From an uncultured Bifidobacteriaceae bacterium (lineage in GTDB: Bacteria; Verrucomicrobiota; Verrucomicrobiia; Limisphaerales; UBA11358), in NCBI GenBank assembly GCA_964449815.1, contig CAYVGC010000006.1, forward strand, positions 8,817 to 72,816: a DNA stretch of 64,000 nucleotides. The letters are read 5' to 3'. The notes beneath the pieces are model-generated. The model was not told the DNA's origin. It was given only the letters and a program-made list of their open reading frames with translations, and searched no databases. Numbering within the stretch: the stretch's first letter is position 1; the number at the start of each line of letters is the position of its first letter. The position numbers were made by a program, and so were the translations under genes. Below, in pieces: positions 6,966 to 15,926 of the stretch.

Positions 6966-8354
6966 TTACGGCGTTTTGAATGTCAGCTTGATCACGGTGG
7001 CGTAGGGATCAACCGTTTCCGGTCGGTCGAACGTGAGCGTGGTGACGTTGCCGGCGACATCGCTCGTGAGTTTCAGGCCCTCCAGTTTTGAATCCAGCAG
7101 CTCTGCTTTGTCAAATTCGCCGCGGGCAATTTTGACGGTCCGGGTCACGCCCGCCGCGGGCCAGGTGAGGACATGGAGGTAAATGCTGCGATCCTTCTTC
7201 GTCGCATAACAGTTGAAATCAGCCTGCGGTTCAATCACGCATTCCGGCGCGGGCGTGGTGCCGTAAATGGCTTCGCCGTTGACGTCGAGCCACACGCCGA
7301 TGGTGTTGAGCAGGGCGACGTGTTCGGCGGGAAATTCCCCGGTCGCCGTGGGGCCGACGTTGAGCACGAAGTTCCCGCCCTTGCTCGTGGAGTCAATCAG
7401 GTTGCGGATCAACACGGCGGCTGAACGATAATTCGTCGCGCCTTTGACCCAGCCCCAGTTGTCGTCGGCGGTGTCGGTCATCACCACTTCAAAGTAGCGG
7501 CTTTGGCGCGAGCCTTTCAGTTGGTTTTCCGGCGTGGCGTAATCGCCGTCGGTGGACGACGCTCCGCGTCCGCAACGGTCGTTGACCAGGACATTGGGGT
7601 TGAGCGCACGCAGGCAGGCATAAAGCTCCTTGGCGTGGTCGAGGTCGGTGGACCATTGGCCGTTCACATACCAGAAGTTGTCGAACCAGATCATCGGAAT
7701 GTCGCCATATTGCGTCATGAGTTCCTTGAGCTGGGCGAACATATAATCATGGTAGGAGGTAAATTTTGGATCCATCACCTCGGCGGCGCTCCAGTCGCCG
7801 ATGGAATAGTAGAGGCAGAAAGCGATGCCTTGACGGTGGCATTCATCCGCGAGTTCCCTGATGACGTCGTGCGCGAACGGCGTTGAATCCACGACATTGT
7901 AGCGCGTGGTGGCGGTGCGGAACATGGCAAACCCGTCGTGGTGCTTGGTGGTGACGATGACGTATTTCTGGCCCGCGCGCTTGATCAGGCTGACCCACTG
8001 GCGCGCATTGAAGTTGGTGGGGTTGAACGCGCCGCCGACCTCGGTCTGGTATTCCTTCCACGGAATCACCATGTGGCGCTCGCCGAGGCCCATGATTTGT
8101 TCCGCCGGATCATAAGGACCTTTTCCGTGATAATAACCACCGAGCTGGGAATAGAGTCCGAAATGGATGAACGCGCCAAACTTGGCGTCGCGGAACCATT
8201 TGCCGCGCGCGTCGTCAAGACAGCCGCGTTCCGCCCACACCCGCTCCTGAACGGTGTTCGTTGACGCCGGGGCGTCGGCGGCAACCGCCGTTGAACCTGA
8301 TTTCCAGACCGCCAGCAGGGCGGCCAGCAAAATCCAAAGTGAATTAAGTCTCAT
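6966..8354 (-). CDS. Alpha-L-fucosidase (GH29), secreted
   Basis: FGAFIHFGLYS, TTKHHDGFAMF and LYYSIGDW motifs. Signal-peptide-like start MRLNSLWILLAALLAV chosen at 8354. Confidence 0.8.
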   Translation of the reverse strand: MRLNSLWILLAALLAVWKSGSTAVAADAPASTNTVQERVWAERGCLDDARGKWFRDAKFGAFIHFGLYSQLGGYYHGKGPYDPAEQIMGLGERHMVIPWKEYQTEVGGAFNPTNFNARQWVSLIKRAGQKYVIVTTKHHDGFAMFRTATTRYNVVDSTPFAHDVIRELADECHRQGIAFCLYYSIGDWSAAEVMDPKFTSYHDYMFAQLKELMTQYGDIPMIWFDNFWYVNGQWSTDLDHAKELYACLRALNPNVLVNDRCGRGASSTDGDYATPENQLKGSRQSRYFEVVMTDTADDNWGWVKGATNYRSAAVLIRNLIDSTSKGGNFVLNVGPTATGEFPAEHVALLNTIGVWLDVNGEAIYGTTPAPECVIEPQADFNCYATKKDRSIYLHVLTWPAAGVTRTVKIARGEFDKAELLDSKLEGLKLTSDVAGNVTTLTFDRPETVDPYATVIKLTFKTP

Positions 8355-8783
8355 GCAAAAAGTATCCTTGGGGAAAAATGGTGTTGGCCAGGCCTTATAA
8401 ATTTTGAAAACCCCTGGCGGTTTTTGAACCAAACATCGTCAAAGCGGCGGCGGGTGCCGCCGGCTCTCACCAGAAAGATCACGGCTTTTTATTTTCTCAA
8501 CCTGCTCTGGCATCTCTGGTTCGCATGTCATTTTCAATAAGTTTACCGGCAGACCACCAGGCTGCCAACCTGAATCACGCCAAAACCAAACCGCCCCTTC
8601 AAGCTGTCCTGGCAGAGCAGCCACGGACGGAAAGAATAGCGCCGCATTTTTCGCCGGCCTAAATCCCAACAGCGACTTTTCGTTTGTCCGCGTGCGTTTT
8701 TGGCCGATTTTAAGCTGCATGAGTTTCCGCAATTGACATGGCCAGACTGGTTGTCATCATGAAAGGCGTTCCTGCGTCCATTC

Positions 8784-9257
8784 ATGTTTCCCATGCTCCA
8801 AAAAATCTCGAAAAAAAATATCGTCCTGCGCGGCGGCCGGTTTGCCATCGCCGCCTCCACCTACAATCCGCGTTATGTGGACGCGATGGTGCGCGCGGCA
8901 AAAGCTGAAATTCTCCGCGCCGGCGGCGCCGTCCAGATCGTCCGCGTGCCGGGCGCGTATGAAATCCCCGTCGTTGCCGCCCGGCTGGCGCGCGCAAAAA
9001 TTTTCTCCGGCATCATTTGCCTGGGCGTCATCCTGCGCGGCGCGACGACGCACGCCCAGCATATCGGCGAGGCTGTGAGCAACGCGCTGGTGCAAATCCA
9101 GATCCAGCATGAGGTGCCGGTCATCCACGAAGTGCTGCTGCTGGAAAACGAGCAGCAGGCGAAGGAACGCTGCCTGAGCCGGACGCACAATCGCGGCACG
9201 GAGGCCGCGCAGACGGCGTTGGCGATGGCGCGCGTGATGAAAAGTTTGCATGGCTGA
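8784..9257 (+). CDS. ribH: 6,7-dimethyl-8-ribityllumazine synthase
   Basis: FAIAASTYNPRYVDAMV...VPGAYEIPVVAARLA...IICLGVILRGATTHAQHI is a typical RibH core. Confidence 0.88.
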   Translation: MFPMLQKISKKNIVLRGGRFAIAASTYNPRYVDAMVRAAKAEILRAGGAVQIVRVPGAYEIPVVAARLARAKIFSGIICLGVILRGATTHAQHIGEAVSNALVQIQIQHEVPVIHEVLLLENEQQAKERCLSRTHNRGTEAAQTALAMARVMKSLHG

Positions 9258-9271
9258 TGTTTTGAGGCAGA

Positions 9272-9505
9272 TTGCGGCGGATGCCCTATCTGCCAATTGT
9301 CATCGTTCTGGCGTGCGCGGTTTTCTTCCACCGCGCGGCGGAGTTTGAGAATGAATCCACGCTGCTCTGGACCGGCCTGTCGGTTTTGATTTCAACTGTG
9401 ACGCTGTTCTATTTCCGGTGGGGGATTCTGGGAGCATTGCTTGGACAGGCCGGCCTGCTGGCAGGCATCACCATTTTCCGGCTGTGGCGCAGCCGCGACT
9501 TGTGA
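9272..9505 (+). CDS. Small hypothetical membrane protein
   Basis: 77 aa with 2-3 hydrophobic helices; no recognisable family. Confidence 0.35.
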   Translation: MRRMPYLPIVIVLACAVFFHRAAEFENESTLLWTGLSVLISTVTLFYFRWGILGALLGQAGLLAGITIFRLWRSRDL

Positions 9506-9570
9506 AACATTTTACAATCGGCTTGCCGGTGCTGCGGCCAGATGCTACTTTCCTTCCGCTGCTTGAGCTT

Positions 9571-10269
9571 ATGAAAAAATCTCTTTTGCTCCTTTTGCTG
9601 GGAGTTTTTGCCGCGCTGCAACCGGCCCGCGCGGGTGACATCACCGGCACCATCACCTTGAAAGGCACGCCGCCCGCCGAGCGCGAGTTGACCCCCATCA
9701 AGGACGACCCGAATTGCTCGGCCATGTATCCCGGCGCGCTGCCGACAACGCATTTTTACGTCGTCAGCTCCGGCGGCGGTCTGGCCGACGTGATTGTGTC
9801 GCTCAAAGGCATTTCGGGCAAATCCACCGGCGCGAGTGCGGCTCCGGTCGTGCTGGATCAGAAAGGCTGCCTGTATGTGCCGCAGATTCTCGCCATTCAA
9901 ACCGGCCAGAAAGTCATCGTGAAAAATTCCGACCCCTGCGTCCACAACGTCCACACCAAGCCGGCGGCCAACACCGAGGCCAACCAGGTGCAGATGCCCG
10001 GCGGCGCGGATCTGACCTTCACGTTCGACCAGCCGGAGCCGTTCCTGAAATTCCAGTGCGACGTGCATCCGTGGATGTTCGCCTGGGTCAGCGTGTTTGA
10101 TCATCCGTATTTCGCCGTGAGCGACAAGGACGGCAAGTTCACCATCAAGAACGTCCCGCCCGGCAAATACACGCTCGAAGCCGCGCACCGCAAGCTCGGC
10201 ACGCAAACCGCCGAAATCGAAGTGAAGGACGACGGCGCGGCGCAGAGCTTCGCCTTTGAAGTGAAATAA
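9571..10269 (+). CDS. Secreted cupredoxin-like / carboxypeptidase-regulatory-like domain protein
   Basis: Signal peptide MKKSLLLLLLGVFAALQPARA, then VKNSDPCVHNVH...FQCDVHPWM (a Cys/His/Met copper-site-like pattern) and a KDGKFTIKNVPPGKYTLEA beta-sandwich. It directly precedes the cox genes. Confidence 0.5.
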   Translation: MKKSLLLLLLGVFAALQPARAGDITGTITLKGTPPAERELTPIKDDPNCSAMYPGALPTTHFYVVSSGGGLADVIVSLKGISGKSTGASAAPVVLDQKGCLYVPQILAIQTGQKVIVKNSDPCVHNVHTKPAANTEANQVQMPGGADLTFTFDQPEPFLKFQCDVHPWMFAWVSVFDHPYFAVSDKDGKFTIKNVPPGKYTLEAAHRKLGTQTAEIEVKDDGAAQSFAFEVK

Positions 10270-10320
10270 ATTTTCCGCCCGCCAGCGACCGCTGCGCGAA
10301 AAATCCGCAGCGGTCTTTTT

Positions 10321-11316
10321 TTGAACATGAACAACAAATACCATCCCGCGCTGTTTTGGTTCGCCGTGCTCAACGTCGTTGCCACAACCTTGCTCATCGG
10401 TCTCGGCGGTCTCGTCACCAGCCACGAGGCCGGCATGTCCGTGCCAGACTGGCCGACCACCTATGGCTACAACATGTTCCTGTTTCCCGTGGACAAGTGG
10501 GTCGGCGGCATTTTCTACGAGCATTCGCACCGCCTGCTCGCCTCGCTGGTCGGCCTGCTGACCACGGTTCTGGCCGTCTGGCTCTGGCTCAAAGATCCGC
10601 GCAAATGGCTGCACTGGCTGGGCATCGCGGCCTTTTTGCTGGTCATCGCGCAGGGCGTTCTCGGCGGCCTCCGCGTCCGCTGGCAGATGGACTGGCTCGG
10701 CGTCCCGCACGGCGCGGTCGCGCAAACTTTTCTGGTGCTCACCTGCGCCATCGCCCTGTTCACCAGCCGCTGGTGGCAGAATTCGGAAACCGAAAAACAA
10801 ATTCCCGTTCCGCGCGGCCTGCGCCGCCATGTGCTTTACGTCACGCTTTTGATTTTTGTCCAGCTTGTCATTGCCGCGACGATGCGGCATCAGCACGCCG
10901 GCCTGGCCATCACGGATTTCCCGCTCGCCTACGGGAAAATCTGGCCGGCCACGACGCCGGAAGCCATCGCAAGCTACAACGCCCATCGTCCGCCCGGCAC
11001 CATCGGCAATCCCATCACGGCGTTGCAAGTGAACCTGCAAATGATCCACCGCCTCGTCGCCTACGCCATTCTTCTCGGCGTCGCGGCGGCGGCGATGCTC
11101 GCGCGGAAAAAACTCGGCGGCGGCGACTGGCTGACCAGATTCGCCTTTTTCTGGCTGGGGCTGCTCGCGCTGCAAATCATCCTCGGCGCGGCGACCATCT
11201 GGTCGAACAAGGCGGCGGACGTGGCGACCGGCCACGTCATGGCCGGCGCGCTGGCGCTGCTCGCCGGTTCGCTGTGGTGGCTCGTGGCCGCGCGGCGCAC
11301 GCGGCTGGCGGAATAA
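10321..11316 (+). CDS. ctaA: Heme A synthase (COX15/CtaA family)
   Basis: LGGLVTSHEAGMSVPDWPTTYGYNMFLFP...YEHSHRLLAS; polytopic membrane protein. Confidence 0.85.
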   Translation: MNMNNKYHPALFWFAVLNVVATTLLIGLGGLVTSHEAGMSVPDWPTTYGYNMFLFPVDKWVGGIFYEHSHRLLASLVGLLTTVLAVWLWLKDPRKWLHWLGIAAFLLVIAQGVLGGLRVRWQMDWLGVPHGAVAQTFLVLTCAIALFTSRWWQNSETEKQIPVPRGLRRHVLYVTLLIFVQLVIAATMRHQHAGLAITDFPLAYGKIWPATTPEAIASYNAHRPPGTIGNPITALQVNLQMIHRLVAYAILLGVAAAAMLARKKLGGGDWLTRFAFFWLGLLALQIILGAATIWSNKAADVATGHVMAGALALLAGSLWWLVAARRTRLAE

Positions 11317-11448
11317 AGGCTTTGCCGACGCAACCCAGGGAATATCCCGGCCAAAGTTTCCGGCAAACAGCATTGACAGATTTTGCCATCGCATGACAAA
11401 ATAGGGTGAATTAGGCGTGGTTCTAACCACAAAAATTTTACCAGAAGA

Positions 11449-12354
11449 ATGAAATTATCGGCGACGGCGGCATTAAATTCAACCGAGGATTTTGACAAAA
11501 GCTGGACGGCGGTCTTCGCGGACCTCGTCAAGGCGCGGCTCACCGCGCTCGTGCTGCTCACCACCTTCGTCGGGTTTTATCTCGGCGAAACTGGCAGCGT
11601 GAACTGCCTGCTGATGTTTCACGCGCTGTCCGGCACGGCGCTGGTCGCGGCCGGCGCGGCCGCGTTGAACCAACTGCTTGAACGCGATTACGACGCCAGG
11701 ATGCGCCGCACGGCCAGCCGCCCGCTGCCGTCGGGCCGTTTGCAGCCGGCGGCAGTTGCCATTTTCGGCGGTGTTTGTTCGGTCGCCGGTTTGATTTATC
11801 TCGCCGTGGCGGTCAACCCGCTCACCAGCGTCGTCGGCGCGGTGACTTCCATCAGCTATCTTTTCATTTACACGCCGCTGAAGCGCGTGACCTGGGCCAA
11901 CACGCTCGTCGGCGCGATTCCCGGCGCGCTGCCGCCGCTCATGGGCTGGACCGCCGCGCGCAACGAATTGAGCGGCGAAGGCTGGACGCTGTTTGCGCTG
12001 GTGGCGTTCTGGCAGATCCCGCATTTCATGGCCATTGCGTGGCTTTACCGCGAGGAATACGCCAAGGCCGGTTTCATCATGCTGCCCAACATTGACGCCG
12101 ACGGCAGCCGCACGGCGCAGCACGCCGTCGGCAACACGGTCGCGCTGTTCATCGTGAGCCTCTGCCCGTTTTTGCTGAAAATGAACGGTCAAATTTACCT
12201 CGCGACGGCGATGATCTTGGGTGCGGGATATTTTTGGTGCGCGGTGCGGTTTGCGCGGCAACTGACCCCGGCGCGCGCCCGGCAGCTTTTTCTGGCCTCG
12301 ATCATTTACCTGCCGCTGCTGCTGGCGGCGATGGTTTGCGACAAGGTGAAATGA
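11449..12354 (+). CDS. ctaB: Protoheme IX farnesyltransferase (heme O synthase)
   Basis: UbiA-family motifs (NQLLERDYDARMRRTASRPLPSG) and its position next to ctaA/ctaD. Confidence 0.88.
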   Translation: MKLSATAALNSTEDFDKSWTAVFADLVKARLTALVLLTTFVGFYLGETGSVNCLLMFHALSGTALVAAGAAALNQLLERDYDARMRRTASRPLPSGRLQPAAVAIFGGVCSVAGLIYLAVAVNPLTSVVGAVTSISYLFIYTPLKRVTWANTLVGAIPGALPPLMGWTAARNELSGEGWTLFALVAFWQIPHFMAIAWLYREEYAKAGFIMLPNIDADGSRTAQHAVGNTVALFIVSLCPFLLKMNGQIYLATAMILGAGYFWCAVRFARQLTPARARQLFLASIIYLPLLLAAMVCDKVK

Positions 12355-12358
12355 ATTT

Positions 12359-14233
12359 ATGGAAGCGACGGTTCAACAATTTCCGCCATATCGCGAATCC
12401 GAACTGCGGCATGGCCACGGCGAGCACGAGCACCACGAGCCGGGCTTCTGGAACAAATACATTTTCTCGACCGACCACAAGGTCATCGGCATCCAATACG
12501 GATTCACCGCGCTGTGCTTCATGCAGTTCGGATTTTTCCTGATGATGCTGATGCGCTGGCAGATTGCGCATCCGGGCGTGCCGGTGCCGCTCGTCGGGCC
12601 GCTGCTGGAAAAAATTCTCGGCACGCCGGCGGCGGGCGGCGCAATTTCACCCGACCTTTACAACTCCTTCGGCGCGATGCACGGGACGATCATGGTCTTC
12701 CTTGGCGTGGTGCCGCTGGCGTTCGCGGCGTTCGGCAACTACGTTGTGCCGCTGATGATCGGCGCGCCGGACATGTGTTTCCCGCGCATCAACATGGCAA
12801 GCTACCATGCGTTTTTCCTCGGCGGCGTGGTGATGCTGGTGAGCTTTTTCATCCCCGGCGGCGCGGCGCAGGCGGGCTGGACTTCGTATTCGCCGCTGGC
12901 TACCACCATTCCAACCAACGGCCAGGCGTTTTGGATCATCGGCATGGTGCTGCTCATCACCTCGTCCCTGCTCGGCGCGGTAAATTTCATCGCCACCATC
13001 ATCCAGCTTCGCGCGCCCGGCATGACGTGGATGCGCCTGCCGTTTTTCGTCTGGGCGCAGTTCGTGACCGCCTTCATTTTGCTGCTCGCGTTTCCGCCGT
13101 TGGAAGCCGCCGGCGTTTTGCAGTTGATGGACAACCTCGCACACACGAGTTTTTTCCTGCCAACCGGTCTTGCGGTGGGCGGCCAGCTTGCCGACCGGAG
13201 CGGCGGCGGCAGTCCGCTGCTGTGGCAGCACCTGTTCTGGTTCCTCGGCCACCCGGAAGTTTACGTCTTGATTCTGCCGGCGATGGGCATCGTCGGTGAA
13301 GTCATCGCCAACAACACGCGCAAGCCGCTGTGGGGCTACAAATCGCTCGTCTATTCGGTGCTGTTCGTCGGTTTCCTGTCGTTCATCGTCTGGGCGCACC
13401 ACATGTATCTGACCGGCATGGGCCAGAAAATCGCCACGTTTTTCCAGGCCACGACGATGATCATCTCGATCCCGTCCGTCATCATTTTGACGTGCATGTT
13501 CCTGTCGCTTTGGGGCGGCTCCATCCGCATCAACACGCCGATGCTGTTCGCTCTTGGCTTCCTGCCGATGTTCGGCATCGGCGGGTTGACGGGCCTGCCG
13601 CTGGGCCTGGCGGCGAGCGATTTGTATCTGCATGACACCTATTACATCATCGCGCATTTCCATTACGTCGTCGCGCCGGGAACTATCTTCGCGCTGTTCG
13701 CCGGCGTGTATTTCTGGTTCCCGAAAATGACCGGACGCAAATTGAATGAATTCTGGGGCCGCGTGCATTTCTGGTGTTCGCTCGTCTTCATGAACCTCGT
13801 GTTCATGCCCATGTTCGCGCAGGGCATCAAGGGCATGTTGCGCCGCATGAGCGACGGCGCGGTGAACTACTCCGCCGCGCGCGTGCCGAACGCCATTGAC
13901 GCGCTGCCCGGCACCGTGATGGAACTCAACCAGTGGATTCTCTGGGCGGCCATCGCGCTGGGCCTCGCGCAGATTCCGTTCATCATCAATTTATTTTGGA
14001 GCATCAGCCACGGCGAAAAAGTGAACAGCGACAATCCGTGGAGCGCGACCACGCTCGACTGGCAGACACCCACGCCGCCGCCGCACGGAAATTTCGCGCA
14101 CGAACCGCATGTCGTCCGCGGGCCTTACGAATACAGCGCGCCCGGCCACGCCACCGATTTCACGCCGCAAAACGAAGCTGAAGAAAACCGGAAAGCGGAA
14201 AGCGGAAAGCGGAAAGAAGAACCGGCATGCTAA
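12359..14233 (+). CDS. ctaD: Cytochrome c oxidase subunit I
   Basis: Canonical heme-copper oxidase subunit I sequence (WFLGHPEVYVLILP, HFHYV). The Lys/Glu-rich C-terminal tail is encoded by the heptamer repeats. Confidence 0.95.
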   Translation: MEATVQQFPPYRESELRHGHGEHEHHEPGFWNKYIFSTDHKVIGIQYGFTALCFMQFGFFLMMLMRWQIAHPGVPVPLVGPLLEKILGTPAAGGAISPDLYNSFGAMHGTIMVFLGVVPLAFAAFGNYVVPLMIGAPDMCFPRINMASYHAFFLGGVVMLVSFFIPGGAAQAGWTSYSPLATTIPTNGQAFWIIGMVLLITSSLLGAVNFIATIIQLRAPGMTWMRLPFFVWAQFVTAFILLLAFPPLEAAGVLQLMDNLAHTSFFLPTGLAVGGQLADRSGGGSPLLWQHLFWFLGHPEVYVLILPAMGIVGEVIANNTRKPLWGYKSLVYSVLFVGFLSFIVWAHHMYLTGMGQKIATFFQATTMIISIPSVIILTCMFLSLWGGSIRINTPMLFALGFLPMFGIGGLTGLPLGLAASDLYLHDTYYIIAHFHYVVAPGTIFALFAGVYFWFPKMTGRKLNEFWGRVHFWCSLVFMNLVFMPMFAQGIKGMLRRMSDGAVNYSAARVPNAIDALPGTVMELNQWILWAAIALGLAQIPFIINLFWSISHGEKVNSDNPWSATTLDWQTPTPPPHGNFAHEPHVVRGPYEYSAPGHATDFTPQNEAEENRKAESGKRKEEPAC

Positions 14234-14331
14234 AATTACCTATGGCAAAACTCGAAAATCCTTTTTCAAAAAATTTGCAAACGACGGCGGGCTTGACAGC
14301 GGAATTTCCGTTTTCCGTTTTCCACTTTCCG
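14189..14331 (+). repeat. Inverted heptamer arrays: 4x CGGAAAG (14189-14216) versus 4x CTTTCCG-like units (14304-14331)
   Basis: Read directly. The left arm is a perfect 4x tandem CGGAAAG inside the ctaD 3' end. The right arm is ATTTCCG TTTTCCG TTTTCCA CTTTCCG, ending 10 nt before the ctaE ATG at 14342. Confidence 0.8.
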
Positions 14332-14341
14332 CTTTTGTAAC

Positions 14342-15145
14342 ATGGATATTCCCTACACCGTTGAACACCGGCCGGACACCGGCATTTACAACGCCAAGCT
14401 CGGCATCTGGCTGTTCCTGGCGTCCGAAGTGATGCTGTTCGGCGGGCTTTTTTCCGCCTACATTCTGCTGCGCGTCGGCGCGGACCAGGGCATGTGGCCG
14501 CACGGCTGGCTCGATGTCCGGCTCGGCACCGTCAACACGCTGCTGCTCGCGCTCTCGGCCATCACCACGCTGCTCGCGTGGGCGGCGTGCAAGGTGCGCG
14601 ACTTCGGCAAATTCAAATTTTTCCACGCCTGCACCATTTTGCTGGCGCTGACATTCCTCGGCATCAAATCCTACGAATATCACGACAAATGGATTCATTA
14701 TGAAATCCAGTTGACCAGCGGAAATTTTGCCGATGGACATCTCGTTGAGAAATCGAAGAACTTTGACCTCGCCAAAAAAACCGGCACCGTCACGCTGCAC
14801 GGCCGCATGGTTGAAGACCGCCGGGAACTGATGGATTTGCGCACGCCGTCAGCACAGGCGGCGAAGCTCGATGAAATCACCATCGCCGCGGCTGACATCA
14901 GGAAAATGGAAAACTACGGCCCGAAGCACAACACGTTCACCGCGATTTATTTCACGCTCACCGGCCTGCATGCGCTGCACATTCTCGGCGGCACGCTCGT
15001 CATTTTTTACTTGTGGGCCTTTGGCAAAACCATGTGGCGGCGTGATCCCGAACGCTTCACCAACCGCATCGAAGTCTCCGGCTTGTTCTGGCACTTCGTG
15101 GACTTGGTCTGGATTTTTCTGTTTCCTGTGCTTTATTTGACCTGA
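14342..15145 (+). CDS. ctaE: Cytochrome c oxidase subunit III
   Basis: FTAIYFTLTGLHALHILGG and FWHFVDLVWIFLF motifs. Confidence 0.9.
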   Translation: MDIPYTVEHRPDTGIYNAKLGIWLFLASEVMLFGGLFSAYILLRVGADQGMWPHGWLDVRLGTVNTLLLALSAITTLLAWAACKVRDFGKFKFFHACTILLALTFLGIKSYEYHDKWIHYEIQLTSGNFADGHLVEKSKNFDLAKKTGTVTLHGRMVEDRRELMDLRTPSAQAAKLDEITIAAADIRKMENYGPKHNTFTAIYFTLTGLHALHILGGTLVIFYLWAFGKTMWRRDPERFTNRIEVSGLFWHFVDLVWIFLFPVLYLT

Positions 15146-15477
15146 TGATTAACATGAGCGAATCCGAACAGCCTGTCAGCCTGAAGAGCTGCATCCGCCT
15201 TTGCGCGGTCGTTTTTCTCGTCGTTGTCTGCACCACCTCCGCGATGATCGCCACGTCGTTCTCGCACCTTGGCGAGGGCTGGACGTTGAAAGTCGCGCTC
15301 ATCCTCGCCATCGCCGTGGTGAACGCATTCCTTGTCGCCGGCCATCTGATGCACCTGCTTTCCGAGAAAAAGCTCGTCTATGCCGTGCTCGCCTTCACCG
15401 TGTTTTTTTTCATCGGCCTGATGGGACTGACCGTCTGGGCCACGAACGGTTTTCCGCCCGGCACGGTTTTCCACTGA
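15145..15477 (+). CDS. Cytochrome c oxidase subunit IV (prokaryotic COX4 family)
   Basis: 110 aa, three TM helices, NAFLVAGHLMHL motif; the start overlaps the ctaE stop. Confidence 0.7.
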   Translation: MINMSESEQPVSLKSCIRLCAVVFLVVVCTTSAMIATSFSHLGEGWTLKVALILAIAVVNAFLVAGHLMHLLSEKKLVYAVLAFTVFFFIGLMGLTVWATNGFPPGTVFH

Positions 15478-15483
15478 ATTAAA

Positions 15484-15669
15484 ATGTCGCTCAAAGCCTT
15501 TCATCTCATTTTTGTGACGCTGCTGGCCGCGCTGTCGTTCGGCTGCGCGGCATGGGCGTTTCAAACCGGCAGCGTGCCTGGCGGCGCGATGGGAATCACC
15601 GCCGGCATTTTTGTGATCGTGTATGGGGTTTATTTTTTGAAGAAACTGAAAAACGTCAGCTACCTGTGA
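15484..15669 (+). CDS. Small hypothetical membrane protein (2 TM)
   Basis: 61 aa, hydrophobic, embedded in the cox operon. Confidence 0.4.
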   Translation: MSLKAFHLIFVTLLAALSFGCAAWAFQTGSVPGGAMGITAGIFVIVYGVYFLKKLKNVSYL

Positions 15670-15926
15670 AATTCCTCCGCACAATTTTATTGCCCGCGTT
15701 TGCCGCGTTTGCGCCGGCGAAAGTTTCCGCCTGCGCCGCCTGCTACGGCGGCAACGTGGATTCGCCGATGACCGACGGCATGAACTGGGCCATCCTCACC
15801 TTGGGCGTCACCGTCGCCACGGTGCTGGGCGCGTTCCTGACCTTTTTGATTTACGCCATCCGCAAGAGCGCGGCGCTCACCGCCGCCGCCGAACAAAAAA
15901 ATCCTCCTGAAGCCTCAAACGCATGA
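15666..15926 (+). CDS. Small hypothetical membrane-anchored protein (signal peptide plus CAAC motif plus C-terminal TM)
   Basis: The GTG at 15666 overlaps the upstream stop (GTGA). Sequence VKFLRTILLPAFAAFAPAKVSACAACYGG...ILTLGVTVATVLGAFLTFLIY. The end overlaps the ctaC start. Confidence 0.4.
   Translation: MKFLRTILLPAFAAFAPAKVSACAACYGGNVDSPMTDGMNWAILTLGVTVATVLGAFLTFLIYAIRKSAALTAAAEQKNPPEASNA

Noticed and set aside
8433-8783. Possible FMN riboswitch upstream of ribH.
   Set aside because: None of the conserved RFN element segments could be found in the 350-bp upstream region on the + strand.
9409-11430. Very long ORFs antisense to recognised genes: 9409-11430(-) 673 aa, 32330-35215(+) 961 aa, 44657-47029(-) 790 aa, 35240-36913(+) 557 aa, 51940-53283(-) 447 aa, 12647-13768(-) 373 aa, and others.
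   Set aside because: The opposite strand encodes clearly conserved proteins (ctaA, DPP-IV, proB/mazG, GH35, nadC/birA, ctaD). The shadow ORFs are Arg/Ala/Gly/Pro-rich, with no motifs. This is the usual stop-codon-poor antisense artefact of high-GC DNA.
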